Origin: Gnetum montanum
Taxonomy: Eukaryota > Plantae > Gnetophyta
Assembly (NCBI GenBank): GCA_015680685.1
Contig: MNCI01001083.1
Location: 653,158 to 717,157, forward strand
DNA: 64,000 bases
Direction: 5' to 3'
Positions 1-12,142 of this stretch are shown piece by piece. Below the pieces are notes generated by a model. That model was not told the origin of the DNA and did no database searches. It saw only the letters and a list, made by a program, of their open reading frames with translations. A program made the translations under genes and the position numbers. How positions within the stretch are numbered: position 1 is the first letter of the stretch; every line of letters starts with the position of its first letter.

Positions 1-350
1 GTTAACAAAATAAAAAGTAGTTTCCTTATCTTCTACAGAATTAAAATACAAGGTTGCAATGAATCAAGTTACTAAATTGAAGTGTCTCCATAAATTTAAA
101 GAACTCAAAGAGGATATTATGTTACTAATAACTATTCATTGTGATAACTAAAGTATCCTCAAGTTTAATAAAAATCTAATGTTTCCTGAAGAACCAAACA
201 TGTAGAAATTATAGTGCATCATATTTAACATGCTTTTGCCAAAGGGTTAATCTTGCCTACCTATAGCAACACCAAAGATCAACTTTTTGATGCTTTTATT
301 AAGACATTAACTATTAAAAATTTCAATACTTTTATAAATGAATTGAATCT
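1..350 (+). pseudogene. Ty1/copia RNase H remnant (3' end of pol)
   Basis: Translation near 135-210 gives IHCDN*SILKFNKNLMF..TKHVEI, matching the copia RNase H consensus (CDNQSAI..AKNPVFH.RTKHIEI); it has stops and frameshifts. Confidence 0.7.
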
Positions 351-999
351 ATGATTATTGTAGATTAAATATAATGTTTTTTTTGCATATTATATATATT
401 AATTCTTGTATCAAAAATCTTCATTATGTTTTATATTAATGCTTTATCTATTTCACCATTGTACACCTTGTATTTTATGTTTTAGCACCATCATAGTGCT
501 ACATTATTTTTGTTTATCTAACTAATTGTTATTAATTTCCTTGTTGGTACTTTGTCATAACTATTACTAGCACTTATAGTTGGTCATTTTATTAGATGCA
601 ACATTTCATATATCTTAAATATTAAGGTAGAGGCATTTGATGTGTGTCTTACTCCTCTTCTCTCAGAGATCGAGATTGTTTGAGTTGCTCATCATTGATC
701 CTGTAAACTTCACACAAATAATAGAGACTCTAGCTAATCTACCATGGATAGTAAATGATTCAAGAAAAAAATGAATAGAAATTAAGAGCCCTATTGGACA
801 ACCTCAACATAAGAAACTTGCAACTTTGGGAAAGTAGCATTAAAAGCAATCGATGTAAGAAGAACCATCACTACTAGGCATCACATGAAGATCTGCACCA
901 AACATTTAGAAGATCCTATGGGATTTTTGATTTTTTGTCATATTTCTAGATGATTTTTTTGCTGTTTTTTTACTCACTCAATTGTATGATGCTATGTAG

Positions 1000-1880
1000 C
1001 ACTTGATTTGAGTTAGTCAGTTAGCTGATTATTTGATTATTTGTTAAGCTAGATAGTTCTATCACCTTCACTATTTTGTAATAAAATTTGTTGCACTTTT
1101 ATTTAACTTGAGAATGAGTTTTTAATTAATCATAGAGTTATGATGAATAATTTACTAGTCAAGAATGATATTGTATGCCTACCTATGATGTAATTAATAT
1201 GACGTATTTGAGCTCAATTATGCCTATAAATTCTAGTTACCTGTCATACCAAATAAACCTTTTTGTTTATTCTTACTCATACTTTTTGTAGTTTTATTTC
1301 ATGAAGTCATAGTTAGTTTTTGAGTACTCAAAGTAGAATCATAAATAGTTGTACAACATATTTATTTGAGTAAAGTGTATTTCTGTAACATATTTATTTA
1401 GAAACATAAATAGATTGTTTATGATTTTTCTAGCATATTACTTAGAATAGTTTTACTTTTACTTTTTATTTACTTTACAATGTTATTTACTTTTCCTATG
1501 CAATTTACATTTTCATTGTATGTTAGTAATTTGAAGGAATAACTATGATTGGTTTCAAGTATAACATATAATCATCTAGTAATCCAGAAGTAACTTTGTT
1601 TGATTTGCCTAGGAACAAGTTTCTTGGTAATCCTAGTGATGGTTATACTAGCCAAGACATGTATGGTAAGCTAGGATCAAATACTTACCATTGTAGGCTA
1701 GACTAGCATTTATTTTTGTTATCTCTTAGTTAATTAATATAATATTCAATCTATAATGTTTTACCTCTATATCATTTGAGCTAAACAACATCATTGTATC
1801 ATATACCTTACTATAAGTTGAACCATATACTTTGAGAATCACTAAATCTAGTAAGAAGATAGTGATCAATGATCTTTATA
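1000..1880 (+). mobile_element. Degenerate Athila-type LTR fragment; termini not resolved
   Basis: Carries a deaminated copy of the LTR structured module at 1541-1702, including CTTGGTAATCCTAG and the downstream TAGGCTAGA seen in the other Athila-like LTRs. Confidence 0.35.
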
Positions 1881-2004
1881 TTAACTAGCTACAACACATG
1901 TTTTCCCATTCATAGATTATGATCTAGTCATGTTCATATGCTTGTAACTTGTCTAGTTGGGCACTAGGTATCCTCATCCATTCATCATTGTATAATTCTT
2001 GGTA

Positions 2005-2960
2005 TGATAGTTGTTCTATAATTCTTTCACATCACTTCATGATATGAATCATAAGCTTAATGTCTCTATAGTTTTCATAGTTTTGGATATCTCTCTTATT
2101 CTTTTATATGGATACTATAATTTTCCTTCTTCAATCATCAAGCATTTTTCACCCTTCCTAGATCATTTGAATAAATGTATTAATCAAGTAATCCTTATGT
2201 CTTTTGTAGAATTCTTTACCTCTATAGAAATACCATTAAGTCCTATTGCTTTACCATTTATCATATTCATAAGGACTTTCTTTACTTCAACTAAAAAAAA
2301 TACAATTTATCATTGTTGCATTCAATTTTATATCTTTAAATTTATTTTTGTGGAATTCTTTGTTAAGTAGTCTCTCAAAATAAAACCTCCAATGCTTCAA
2401 GATTTTCTTATTTGAGAATAATATCCTTTCATCATTAGAATTGATAGACCTAATATGGTCAAAGTATTTAAACCTCTTATTTCAAGCCTTGACTTGCTTG
2501 CAAATTAATTTCTCATTCTACTTAGCTTAATTTTTCTCATTATTTTCTTAGCCATTTTTCTTACTCACATACTTTACTACCTTATACTTCTTCTTATCTT
2601 GAATTTTTTGTTGTACATTTTCACTCCACAATTATGTTCTCTTTTGAATATACTTATTCCCTTTCGAAACCCCAAGGATATCCATCTTTATTCTCTTAAT
2701 ACAACTCATCTCACTGTATCTATCATTCATATTTAGGTTTAAATCCCAAGGTCCTTTTATGAACAATTTATTCTTAAAAAGTAATATTTTTATTTCTTTA
2801 GATTCCACCATTTTAAATACAACATATTCTTTATAAAGTCTTAAAATACTAACTCTCAAAGCTAAATCTACTACCAAAAGTCTATGTTGGTTTGTAAGAA
2901 TTTATCCTAGAATGACTTTGCAATTCATACACGTTTTGTAATCTCTCTTTCTTGCTAAGA
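2005..2960 (-). mobile_element. RTE-clade LINE relic (endonuclease C-terminus and RT N-terminus)
   Basis: Minus-strand translations TQIENILARKRDYKTCMNCKVILG*ILTNQHRLLVVDL and EVKKVLMNMINGKAIGLNGISIEV...NKRDIQNYENYRDIKLMIHIMK*CERIIEQ match plant RTE ORF motifs (CKVIPGE..TTQHRLLV; GKAVGPD.IPIEV; NKGDIQ.C.NYRGIKLMSHTMK). Confidence 0.85.
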
Positions 2961-3439
2961 TGTTCTCTATTTGGGTTTGAGTTACATTCACTCTTAAAAA
3001 CCTTTAAGCATTCAATCCTTCTCCTAAAATAAGTAGTAGCTATTACAAGATCATAGTTAAATCAAACTTGAGAATAGAGGTCCCCATCTCATTTCTCTTA
3101 TCAAACTAATGTTCTCTATGCATCCTCTCATAACCTCTTATAGTCACTTCCACATCAAAATGAGCTTGAATATGAGTCTTCCTCTAAGGGTTGGAATCTA
3201 AGATCCTTTTAATAGTGATAGAAAGCTTTTGGTGGTACTCATACCTCTTCCTAGTAGCATTATATTTGAAAGATAGTTTGTACTCTCCCCTTTCTTATTA
3301 CTTTAAGTAACTCTATTTTATAGCAATTGTATTTCTTTCAGATATGCTACTTTAAAATCTCTTGAAGATATTCTTTGTTTTTGCCATCATCCTTATCCTT
3401 TATATTTATATTTCATTTATTTTTCTCTTACACTAATCT

Positions 3440-3690
3440 TACTCTAGATGTCCAAAACTAAGTGAAAATGATCAAAATAAGGACATCTAGGGCATTTTAT
3501 GCTTGTGCTTTGGAAGAAATGCACATTTTTTAATTTTTGCCTCATGTAGTTAGGACATCCTAGATATGGGTGAACATCCTAAGAACCCTATATATGATGT
3601 CTTAATAAAGTGTGGATGTCCTAGCAAAGGAGATCAAAACTCAATCATGGACATCCTAGCTAAATGTGGATGTCCAAGATAAACTTTTGG
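3440..3690. repeat. Cluster of about 8 GGACATCC/GGATGTCC motifs (deaminated GGACGTCC palindrome), probably an LTR promoter-region array
   Basis: ggacatct, ggacatcc, gaacatcc and ggatgtcc recur every 20-70 bp; both main forms derive from GGACGTCC by one CpG transition. Confidence 0.5.
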
Positions 3691-4062
3691 TCAAATTTTT
3701 AAGACATTTGGAAAAATAAGTTTAAAAAAGCTTCATAAATTTATTTGAGAAGGTATTGAAAGAATAAATATAGAATAAATAAACAAAATCCCATCTTAAT
3801 GTAACTATATTAAAGAAAAATACATTTACATACCTAGTTGTGAGTAATTCTAATCTTAATATGGTGTAGTAATGGTGGTGAGTAGATTTTTTTTATCTTA
3901 AATTCCAAGTTGATGAAACTCCTTATTTATTCTTTCCTTGCTTTCCTAACCTATACTTTCCTCCTTGTCATGTCTCATGGCACAGTTAGTAGGTATTAGT
4001 CTTAGGAAGAGGATTCCTTACCTCATATGTCTTGTTCATTTGATATGAGCTTTGAGGACTTT

Positions 4063-6647
4063 TGTTACATCCCAAAATTAACCATATGTAAAATCATAAA
4101 ATTACTTAAGGGAGATGAACGAATTACTTAAAAATTCATATATTCCATAAAAAATAGTTAGCATATAAAATTAATTATTTTAGAAAATTTAAGATACTAA
4201 GGATGAAACCTTATAATCTAATAAGCTTACTTAAATAAATTGGAAAGAATAAGCATTTAACAAAATCTATGTAATGTCACATCAACATCTCACTTACATA
4301 TAATTTATGCACAAAGTTATAAGAGAAATAATAGATAGTAAATGGGCCATTTTATAATTGCATAACATCATTCTAAAAATACAACAACATTTAAAATCTT
4401 CATCCATAATACATCATCTAATCCAAAAGTTTTCATTGTGCACTCCAATTCGCTATCCACAACATCAATTGAAAAATCCATCCAAGCTTGCTAACTATAA
4501 TCTATATGAAATGCATGTAGGAAGGGTTAGAAACATCCACACTAGAGGAAATCATCTTGATGCTATGTGGAATGAAGTTGTAACATGGGTTCCACACTAA
4601 AAAGCACATTGTTAGAACTAAGAACAAAATATTGATTAACTAAACATTAATTAAAATCATTTACATTTCCATTATTGCCTATCATTAATCCATGATTTGC
4701 CATAGGTTTCTGTGAGGTTGCCAACATTATATGTTTGGAATAACTACAAGGCTAATATTAACATAAGTATCCATCAAGAACTATTTGGTATGACACCTCA
4801 TCTATCTAGGCCAACCCTCATTAATGTATAGCTATTGGATTATCCAACTCATGAATGCTCAATTTCTTGATTACATTATGACAAGTATCAATCCTATAAT
4901 TATCCTACATTTTAGCTTCTTATTACCATCCTATATAAGGCCTATTACTTGAACTAACTTTGAAGTCAATATAGATGATCAACCAACCATTTTTGCATTA
5001 GTTTCCTTGTTGAAGATCATGTTCTTAATGAGCCTTACTAATATTATTTACAATGCCTATAGGTTCATGGTTTAACTTTGAAGTCAACTTAGTTGACCAA
5101 CCAACCAATATTAGTAGTCTAATTGTCATTAATGAACCCTACTCATACTGTATACAATGCCCATAGGTAGATGATTTAGCTCTAAAGTCAACCTAGATGA
5201 TTGACCAACCAATATTAGTAGTTTAATTGTTGTTTTTCTAGCTTTTAACACATCAAACACACCCATACATGCTTGCCTTTTCTACTAGTCTTCATTGAAT
5301 GAAGATGCCATTTTGTCAAATGTCATAATTACTATGCCATTTTAGAAAATGTAGAAAATCTTTATCATGAGTTACATATTAATCTTATATTTGTAGTAAC
5401 CTAGATCATGATCTTTGAAAATACTAGCACTACCATCACCATTAGAAGGAGATGATGTAGGAGAAAGATAGATTCAAAATTTAAATTAGAAATTATAGAA
5501 AATATAGATTATAGTAAGAAAATAGAAAATAAGGATTAGAATGACAAGAGAAAAAATATTTATATTAACATATAAAAAAAGAAAAAATAGAAAGGTAGCT
5601 TTGAAGAGGATTCATCTATAAGAAAAAAGTGATGGAAGAAAGAACATTTCCTCTACCTTAAAAGATCAACTGAGAACAAAGATTTGCCTAGTAACAATAG
5701 GTTTAGATCTAGAAATTGGTAATAGATTCACTGCACATAGAAAAAATCAAGAAAATGGAAGAGAGAGTAATGCATAATTGATGTTAAGAGAACTAGCCTT
5801 ACTAGGTATTTATAGATGAAAATTAAAGATTAGACTATTCTAGGAATAGTAATATACTTTCAAGATTAGGTCACATGTACTTACAAAAGGGTTCAAATGG
5901 TCTAGAAGTAGCTATGTCCATGTGTTCATGTTATTGAGAAATACTATAATTAACCTACATCACTCAAGACTAGGTTCTTGATGCCCAAGATAAAATAATA
6001 AAATAATCAAAATAAATCCAAAATATCCAATTAACATGCCTTTAGACCACATTCTTACATTACTTCAAAAACCTTAAAATAATATAGAATATAGAATATA
6101 AAATAGACATAAATAAAATACCAGCAATGGACCACCACAACATTCCAACTTATTCTTTACAGGAGGAACCATATACTAGTGAATACCAAGAACTAATAAG
6201 AAGGAAAATATAAAATAATAATATTTCCAAATATGTAATAAGAGCAAGATCAAAGGTCCAAATCTTATGAAGCATATAATTAGGATATAACAAAACATTT
6301 ATAATTACTAAGAGGTCCAAGGGTTAAACCTTAAGATACAAAGGGATTGTTCCAAGATACTATTCATAAGCTTATAGGAAAATATGCCATGATATTCCAG
6401 TCATAGTTAAAATACCAATGTATGAAAATACATATAAATAAGGACTCAAGGATTCAAACCTTAAGATGCACAACCATAAAAATAAGCATAAGAAAGATGT
6501 CATAATACACTAGAATATACCACTAGCCATAATACAATATAGTATTAAACCATATTACATTAAAATACAATCTTATTCTAAAGAATCAAGCATAAGAAAA
6601 TAAATAACAAACCTATAATTCTAGGTTCAAAACACTCTGGTGTTACA
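4063..6647 (-). mobile_element. Solo LTR (~2.6 kb) of a Tekay/Del-like family, inserted in a SIRE-like gag
   Basis: Ends are TGTTACA..TGTTACA with flanks ACTTT/ACTTC (TSD, 1 mismatch). Block 5750-5820 (AAGAAAATGGAAGA..GATGTTAAGAGA..TATTTATAG) matches 26385-26455 and 40060-40130. The flanks rejoin as RITRRWIPKGS on the minus strand. Confidence 0.7.
4930..5230. repeat. About 3 degenerate tandem units (~105-120 bp) inside the solo LTR
   Basis: Recurring ttaactttgaagtcaa..gaccaaccaa(c)caatattagtag and tacaatgcc(t/c)ataggt blocks. Confidence 0.6.
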
Positions 6648-6652
6648 ACTTC

Positions 6653-8420
6653 CCTTAGGTATCCATCTCCTTGTAATTCTTCCTTGTACACAGCTTTTGC
6701 CATGGTTTCCATAGTTAATCAAGAGAGAAGCATACTAAAATTTTGCATTTTTATTAGGAAAAATGTCCAAATATGATCATTTCTGTGATAAGAAAAATAA
6801 ACTATGGATATTAAAAAATTAAAAAATATAGGGATGATGGAAACAGTCTTAATAAACTTCCCTTGGTCTTAAGCTATTAGAGTAACTTGAATAGATAGGC
6901 TTGTGTTCAAGTCCACTTTCTTCATGAGGGCTTCATGTGATTCAAGGAAGTCTTCTCAATAACAAAATGTTCAATGATGTGTTTTTCTATTTTAATCTTT
7001 TTTTGTAGCTTCTTCTTTTCATTCTTGAGAGAGAAATTCTTAGCCTTAAGTATGGCAATTCAATCAGTTAGATTTTTGGATCCATTTTTCTTATTTTTTT
7101 GCATCTTCAGGTTCTCATTTAAAGTGGTTAGTTCACCAATGTTGGTATTAAGAGCTATGATTTGGCTTAGTAGAATTAAAAACTAAGTTTATCTTATGTT
7201 TATATTTTAACTCATGATGGTGTATCTTGTTTAGCTTAAGATAAATTTATTGTAACTTAACAAAAAAAATTTTAATACATTCATGCCTTTCTAAATAGTA
7301 TCAACTTCATCATCATTTCTTGGACCATTCTCCTCATCTTCACATGTTAGAGCAATGTTGGTAATTGTAATTTAAGAAATATGATAGTTTGAAAAATCAT
7401 TGTCCTTAATCTACTCCTTAATTCTCCATCATCATCTCATTTTCTTACCATAGAATTTTCCTTTTCCATCATCTTGTCTTTTCTCTCAATTCATTTAGTA
7501 CTAGGATATTTTAAGGTAAGATGTTCTTGTTCACCATAAATCCAACAAATAAGTATCTATATATTAGTTATGGAATAGGTCTTAGGTCCTTTACTTACAT
7601 ACTTATCTTTCATTGATGTTCCTTTTGGTTTTTCTCCTTTCACCTTAAGTTAGTTGGCTAGTAACTTTTTTACCTTCCTCGTAAGAAGAGAAAAATCATT
7701 GTTATCCAAATTATCTCCATTGTACAATGATGTTTGAGCTTGAGATTTATTTTTTCTTATATTGGATGCCTCCTTAGAGTTTGCAATCAATGTAATGGAT
7801 TCGGTTTTTAAGATACCTTCTTTCATGAGAGCCATTTTATAAGCCATAAGAGCACTTTAGAGTCCTTCTAACATAATGTGTCAAGATCTCTAACTTATTT
7901 GATGGCCATAATCATCATCTTGTATTTAGGATTTAGCATTTTGATGAAATTTTAAATAACTTTGGTATTTTATAAGGTCTTAACAAATTCCTTTCATTGA
8001 GCTTACCAAATCACATATTTGATTGAATGATTGATGATTTTTCTCCCTTTTAAACATCTTTAGGTTGTAAAATTGGTTCAACCATAGGAGGAGTTTGGAC
8101 TATTTTATAATCTCTTTTTCCTTGTAATTTTTCTTTAAGGTATTCCATACTTCCTTGATAGTATTTAATGACAAACTTGATTATGTTCTTTTTAGTTAAG
8201 GGTTGAAGTAATGATATTTTTTGCTTTTGAATTATTCATAAATATCTTCTTATCATTGTCATCATAACTTTCTTTTAACTTTGATGGTGTTATATGTTTT
8301 TTTTATTAAGCTTTGCCACATATCAAACTTAAATAATTTTAGCTATGTTCATACACATCCCTTTCAAAAGATATAATTAATGCCATTCAAGAAAAAAGAT
8401 TGTGCAAGTCATGTTTCCTA
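6653..8420 (-). pseudogene. Copia (SIRE/Maximus-like) gag relic
   Basis: Minus strand shows an FLNGINY..W-type start, the UBN2-like segment LNPKYKMMIMAIK*VRDLDTL..SALMAYKM, a CCHC remnant ICWIYGEQEH (~7520-7560), a coiled-coil tail and a WIPK end motif. Confidence 0.7.
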
Positions 8421-8461
8421 CCCTTCTATTTTTTCATTATGTTAATTTAGAAATGGCTACT

Positions 8462-8477
8462 AAGTCTTGATACCACT
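8462..8477 (-). promoter_or_regulatory. Primer-binding site (tRNA-iMet type) of the SIRE-like element; its 5' LTR starts near 8478
   Basis: Minus strand reads ...CCACA-AG-TGGTATCAAGAC, close to TGGTATCAGAGC, just upstream of gag. Confidence 0.55.
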
Positions 8478-8829
8478 TGTGGATTGATAAACTTAAAAGA
8501 ATGATTTAAATGAGTTCTAATAAAAATTAAACTTAAGATCAATTACTAAAAAAAATTCATAAAAACATGAAGGAACATACTTATTCATGTGCATGGTAAA
8601 GAACACCATGATGGTAGATGATTAGATGTTATAAACTCTATGTAGGGAAAACAAGGTCCTCAAGCTTGGTATCTTGTAGGACTTCTAAAAACCTTACAAG
8701 GTTAAGAACAAATGTTACCCTCATAAGATGCATTGAAATACCTCTATCACAATTGATTTTCTTATCTCCCACATAAGATCCCTTGATAAGTTAGAGTTCA
8801 AAGGCAATCAAAACCAAGCCTTCTCCTCT

Positions 8830-11160
8830 AATGAGCCTCAAAGAGGTAGATAAGATAAAAGAAGAGGTATAAAAAGATGGAGACAAAACAGGTTCCAAAT
8901 GCAGCCATCATCATCTTGAAAAAATTAGTTCCAAAACAACTCTTCTTTGAAAGGAAGAAGATAAAGAAGCTTCTAAAGAGGAAGAGTAGGCTTCCAAAGA
9001 GGAGGAAGAGCATCATTCTAATGAATGAAAAGACAAGAAAAATATTGAAGAGAAGGAAAGTGATGTCAAAATTACAAGAAGTATGGAAATTTTGAAGACT
9101 AATGTTGATACAAAGTAGGTCTTCCAAGTGTATTCTTGAATGAAGCTTCCTCAAAAGCATGAAATGATTACCAATATGCAACTAGTAAATCATCCCTTAA
9201 TAAGGGAAAATAAGTTAAAGAAGGAAGATTAAGCTATTTAACCATAATGTATAATAAGGTCTTTTATCATTCACATGGATCCTTAATAATGGTTGCTCCA
9301 ACCACATAACACTTTATCTCTGCAAGTGTGTTAAGATAAGAAGAGATAACATTGGAAGCATAAGAGTTGGATGGGAAGCCTTTTTGAAAATTGAAGGAGT
9401 TAGAGAAAACACCCTCACCCTTTATGATGGTCACATAATTTAGGTAAGTGATGTATTTATTTGTGTCCTTACCATAGGGAAAATGATGTCAAAGTAGTAT
9501 TTGATGGTAGAAGTTGCATATTGAACAACCATAATGAAGTTATTTATTCCACTCCTAAGTTTGATAATCATATTTATGCTCTATCTATTGTGGATATTTT
9601 TAAGAATGTTCTAGTAGGAAAACATGTAGAAGATCCCTCAATCATCATTGTAAGATTGTGGCATAAAAGATTGGGGCATCCAAATTATCAATACATTCTT
9701 AACATGGTCAAGATGCAATTAACAATTGGAGTGAAGGGTCCTCTAATTCCAAATGAAGTATGTAAAGCATGTTCTTATGAGAAGAATAAATCATCTTATC
9801 ACAGTGTACACATGACAAGGAAGAAGAAACCATTGGATCTACTTCACATGGACTTGATGGATGCAATGTAATTAGACTTCAACACAAATTCAAGGTATTT
9901 TATCATCATTATTGATGATGCTTTTAGATATATATGGTTTATTTGTTATAATGTAGAGATGAGACCTTTTCCATCTTTAAATATTTTAAGAATCTAGTGG
10001 AAAATCAATTAAATTTTAAAATTAAGACCATTAGGAATGATAAGAGAAAAAGTTTTGTTAATGATGCATTTGATAGATTTTGTGGTGAAAATGAAATTTA
10101 GAAGAAAAAAACATGCGGCTAATTCTCTTAATCAAATGGAGTGACTAAAAGAAGAATGACATTTTGTAAGATATGACAAGATGCATGTTGAGGAAAGATA
10201 ACTTGTCCAACTTATTTTTGGGAGAAGGAATTTATACATATTCTTATCTTCTTAATATATTGTATTCATCCTCTAATAAAAATCTCACCTCATATTACGA
10301 GTTGTATGGTAATGTACCTAACCTTTATCATCTCAAAATATTTACTTATATTTGTTAGGTTCATGTGTAAAATTCCCTCATAATAAAATTGGATGATAGG
10401 GCTATAAATGTTATTTTTTAGATTATGGTGAGAGATTAGACTCTTACAAATGCTTTGATTCCATTGAGAGAAAATTTATTTTTCCAAGAAATGTAAAATT
10501 TGATAAAAATATTTCTGGATTAATACATTTTAAAAACAAAAATGGTATTTTACATTAAGATCATCAAATTGAAGACATGGAAAAACCATCAAATGATTCC
10601 TCATGAATTAAGAGAATGCATCTATTTTTACGAATTCTTTATCTTGATTTTGCGAGAAGATTTACAAGAAGCATAGGTAGAAATAAACTTGAAAATGCCA
10701 TCCTCATCCATGAGCCTTAAAGAATTAAGGAGAATTTCAAATCTAAGTGAACTCAATTAATGAAGTAGAAAATTGATGCAATTCAAAAAAATTAGACTTG
10801 AATCCTTCTTAATAAATAAGCCCAAGGAAAAGAATGTGATTGATGAAAGATGGCTCTTGAAGACAAAATATAATGAAAATAAAACCCTAAAAAAATTCAA
10901 AAAAAGATTAATGATAGGAGAATTCACGCAAAGAAGGCTATAAGCCATGAAGAAATCTTTGCATCAATTTCAAGGTGTATGATAATCAAACTTTGGTCTT
11001 AATTAAAATTCATGGTGATTTGAAAGTCCACCAAATAAATGTGAATTTAGCCTTTTGCAATGGCAACTTAGAGGAAGAAGTCTACATCAGTTAATCTAAA
11101 TGTTTCATCAAGAAAAATAAAGAAGAAAATATATGCAAGCTTAATAAAGCACATTAAAGT
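8830..11160 (+). pseudogene. Ty1/copia pol relic (PR, gag-pre-integrase, IN, RT N-terminus), truncated
   Basis: WILNNGCSNH (PR), RLWHKRLGHPN..C..C (pre-integrase), LDLLHMDL..RYFIIIIDD (IN), KLDDRA..IFLDY, IDERWLLKTKYN..FKKRL, VHQINVNLAFCNGNLEEEVY (RT). Domain order is copia-type. Confidence 0.9.
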
Positions 11161-11513
11161 ATGAAACCTATTCTACTTGGATTTTCTAACATAGTTAGAT
11201 GTTATACTTTGGAACATACACCTTTCAAATGGGATTTTTCATCCAAAAATCTATCAAAGATAAATTATAAAATCACTTAAAGATACATAAGGAAAAAAAT
11301 TAATCTCTTAGCAAATCCTTAAACAACTTAAGTACTTATAAAACCATATAAGCATAATAATAATTATAAATTTAATAGCTTAGAAATCAATTGAAAATTC
11401 ACATAAGTACGTTTATGTCCACTTAGGCCTTATTACAACATAAACCAAAGCTCAAAATATAATTCCATCAAGTGACCAAATCATAACATGAAATACATAA
11501 AGAGATTAGCTTT

Positions 11514-12072
11514 TGTAATGTGGTGTTGTTGCATAACGAAGATGGTGCCTTTTCATAACAAGTGTTATCATTATTGTAACAATATATAAAAGGGGAGTTG
11601 TAATTAAGACCCAAAAGGGCATGTTATAACAACAAATGTGTCTCTTGAGGTAACCTTTGAGGGTTTGACCTAAGCTATTTATACCTAGGCATTAGATGTT
11701 GTATCAGCATTGAGTTGTAGAATTGGTAAAGATGAGTAATGAGTGCCAGGTGAAGCAAGATAGGAAGAGGACTAGCCATCCCTTTTGGCCAGTGAAAGGC
11801 CTAACCATGGTGGTAGTGTTGGATTGCCTCTAAGGGATAGATGCCAAAGGGAGAAAACCTTAAGGAACACTCTCAAAGCATGATCTAGATACACTATTCC
11901 ACATCAATAAAGCATTCTTTTCTATTTTCTTTTGCATTTTCTCTATTATTTTTTTATGCTTAATGTCAAATGTTACATATATTTGACATTTGCTACATTA
12001 GTGTCATATGCCTAATGTCTAATATAACATATATTTGACATTTTCCATGACATCTGAGAATGAGATGTCACA
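11514..12072 (+). repeat. 5' LTR of the cargo element
   Basis: Colinear with 24721-25306; TG...CA ends. Confidence 0.85.
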
Positions 12073-12142
12073 TTTAGTATTAGAGCAAACCATGACTCAA
12101 GAACCAATTAGAACCATGAATCGACTACAACCTAATGATTAA

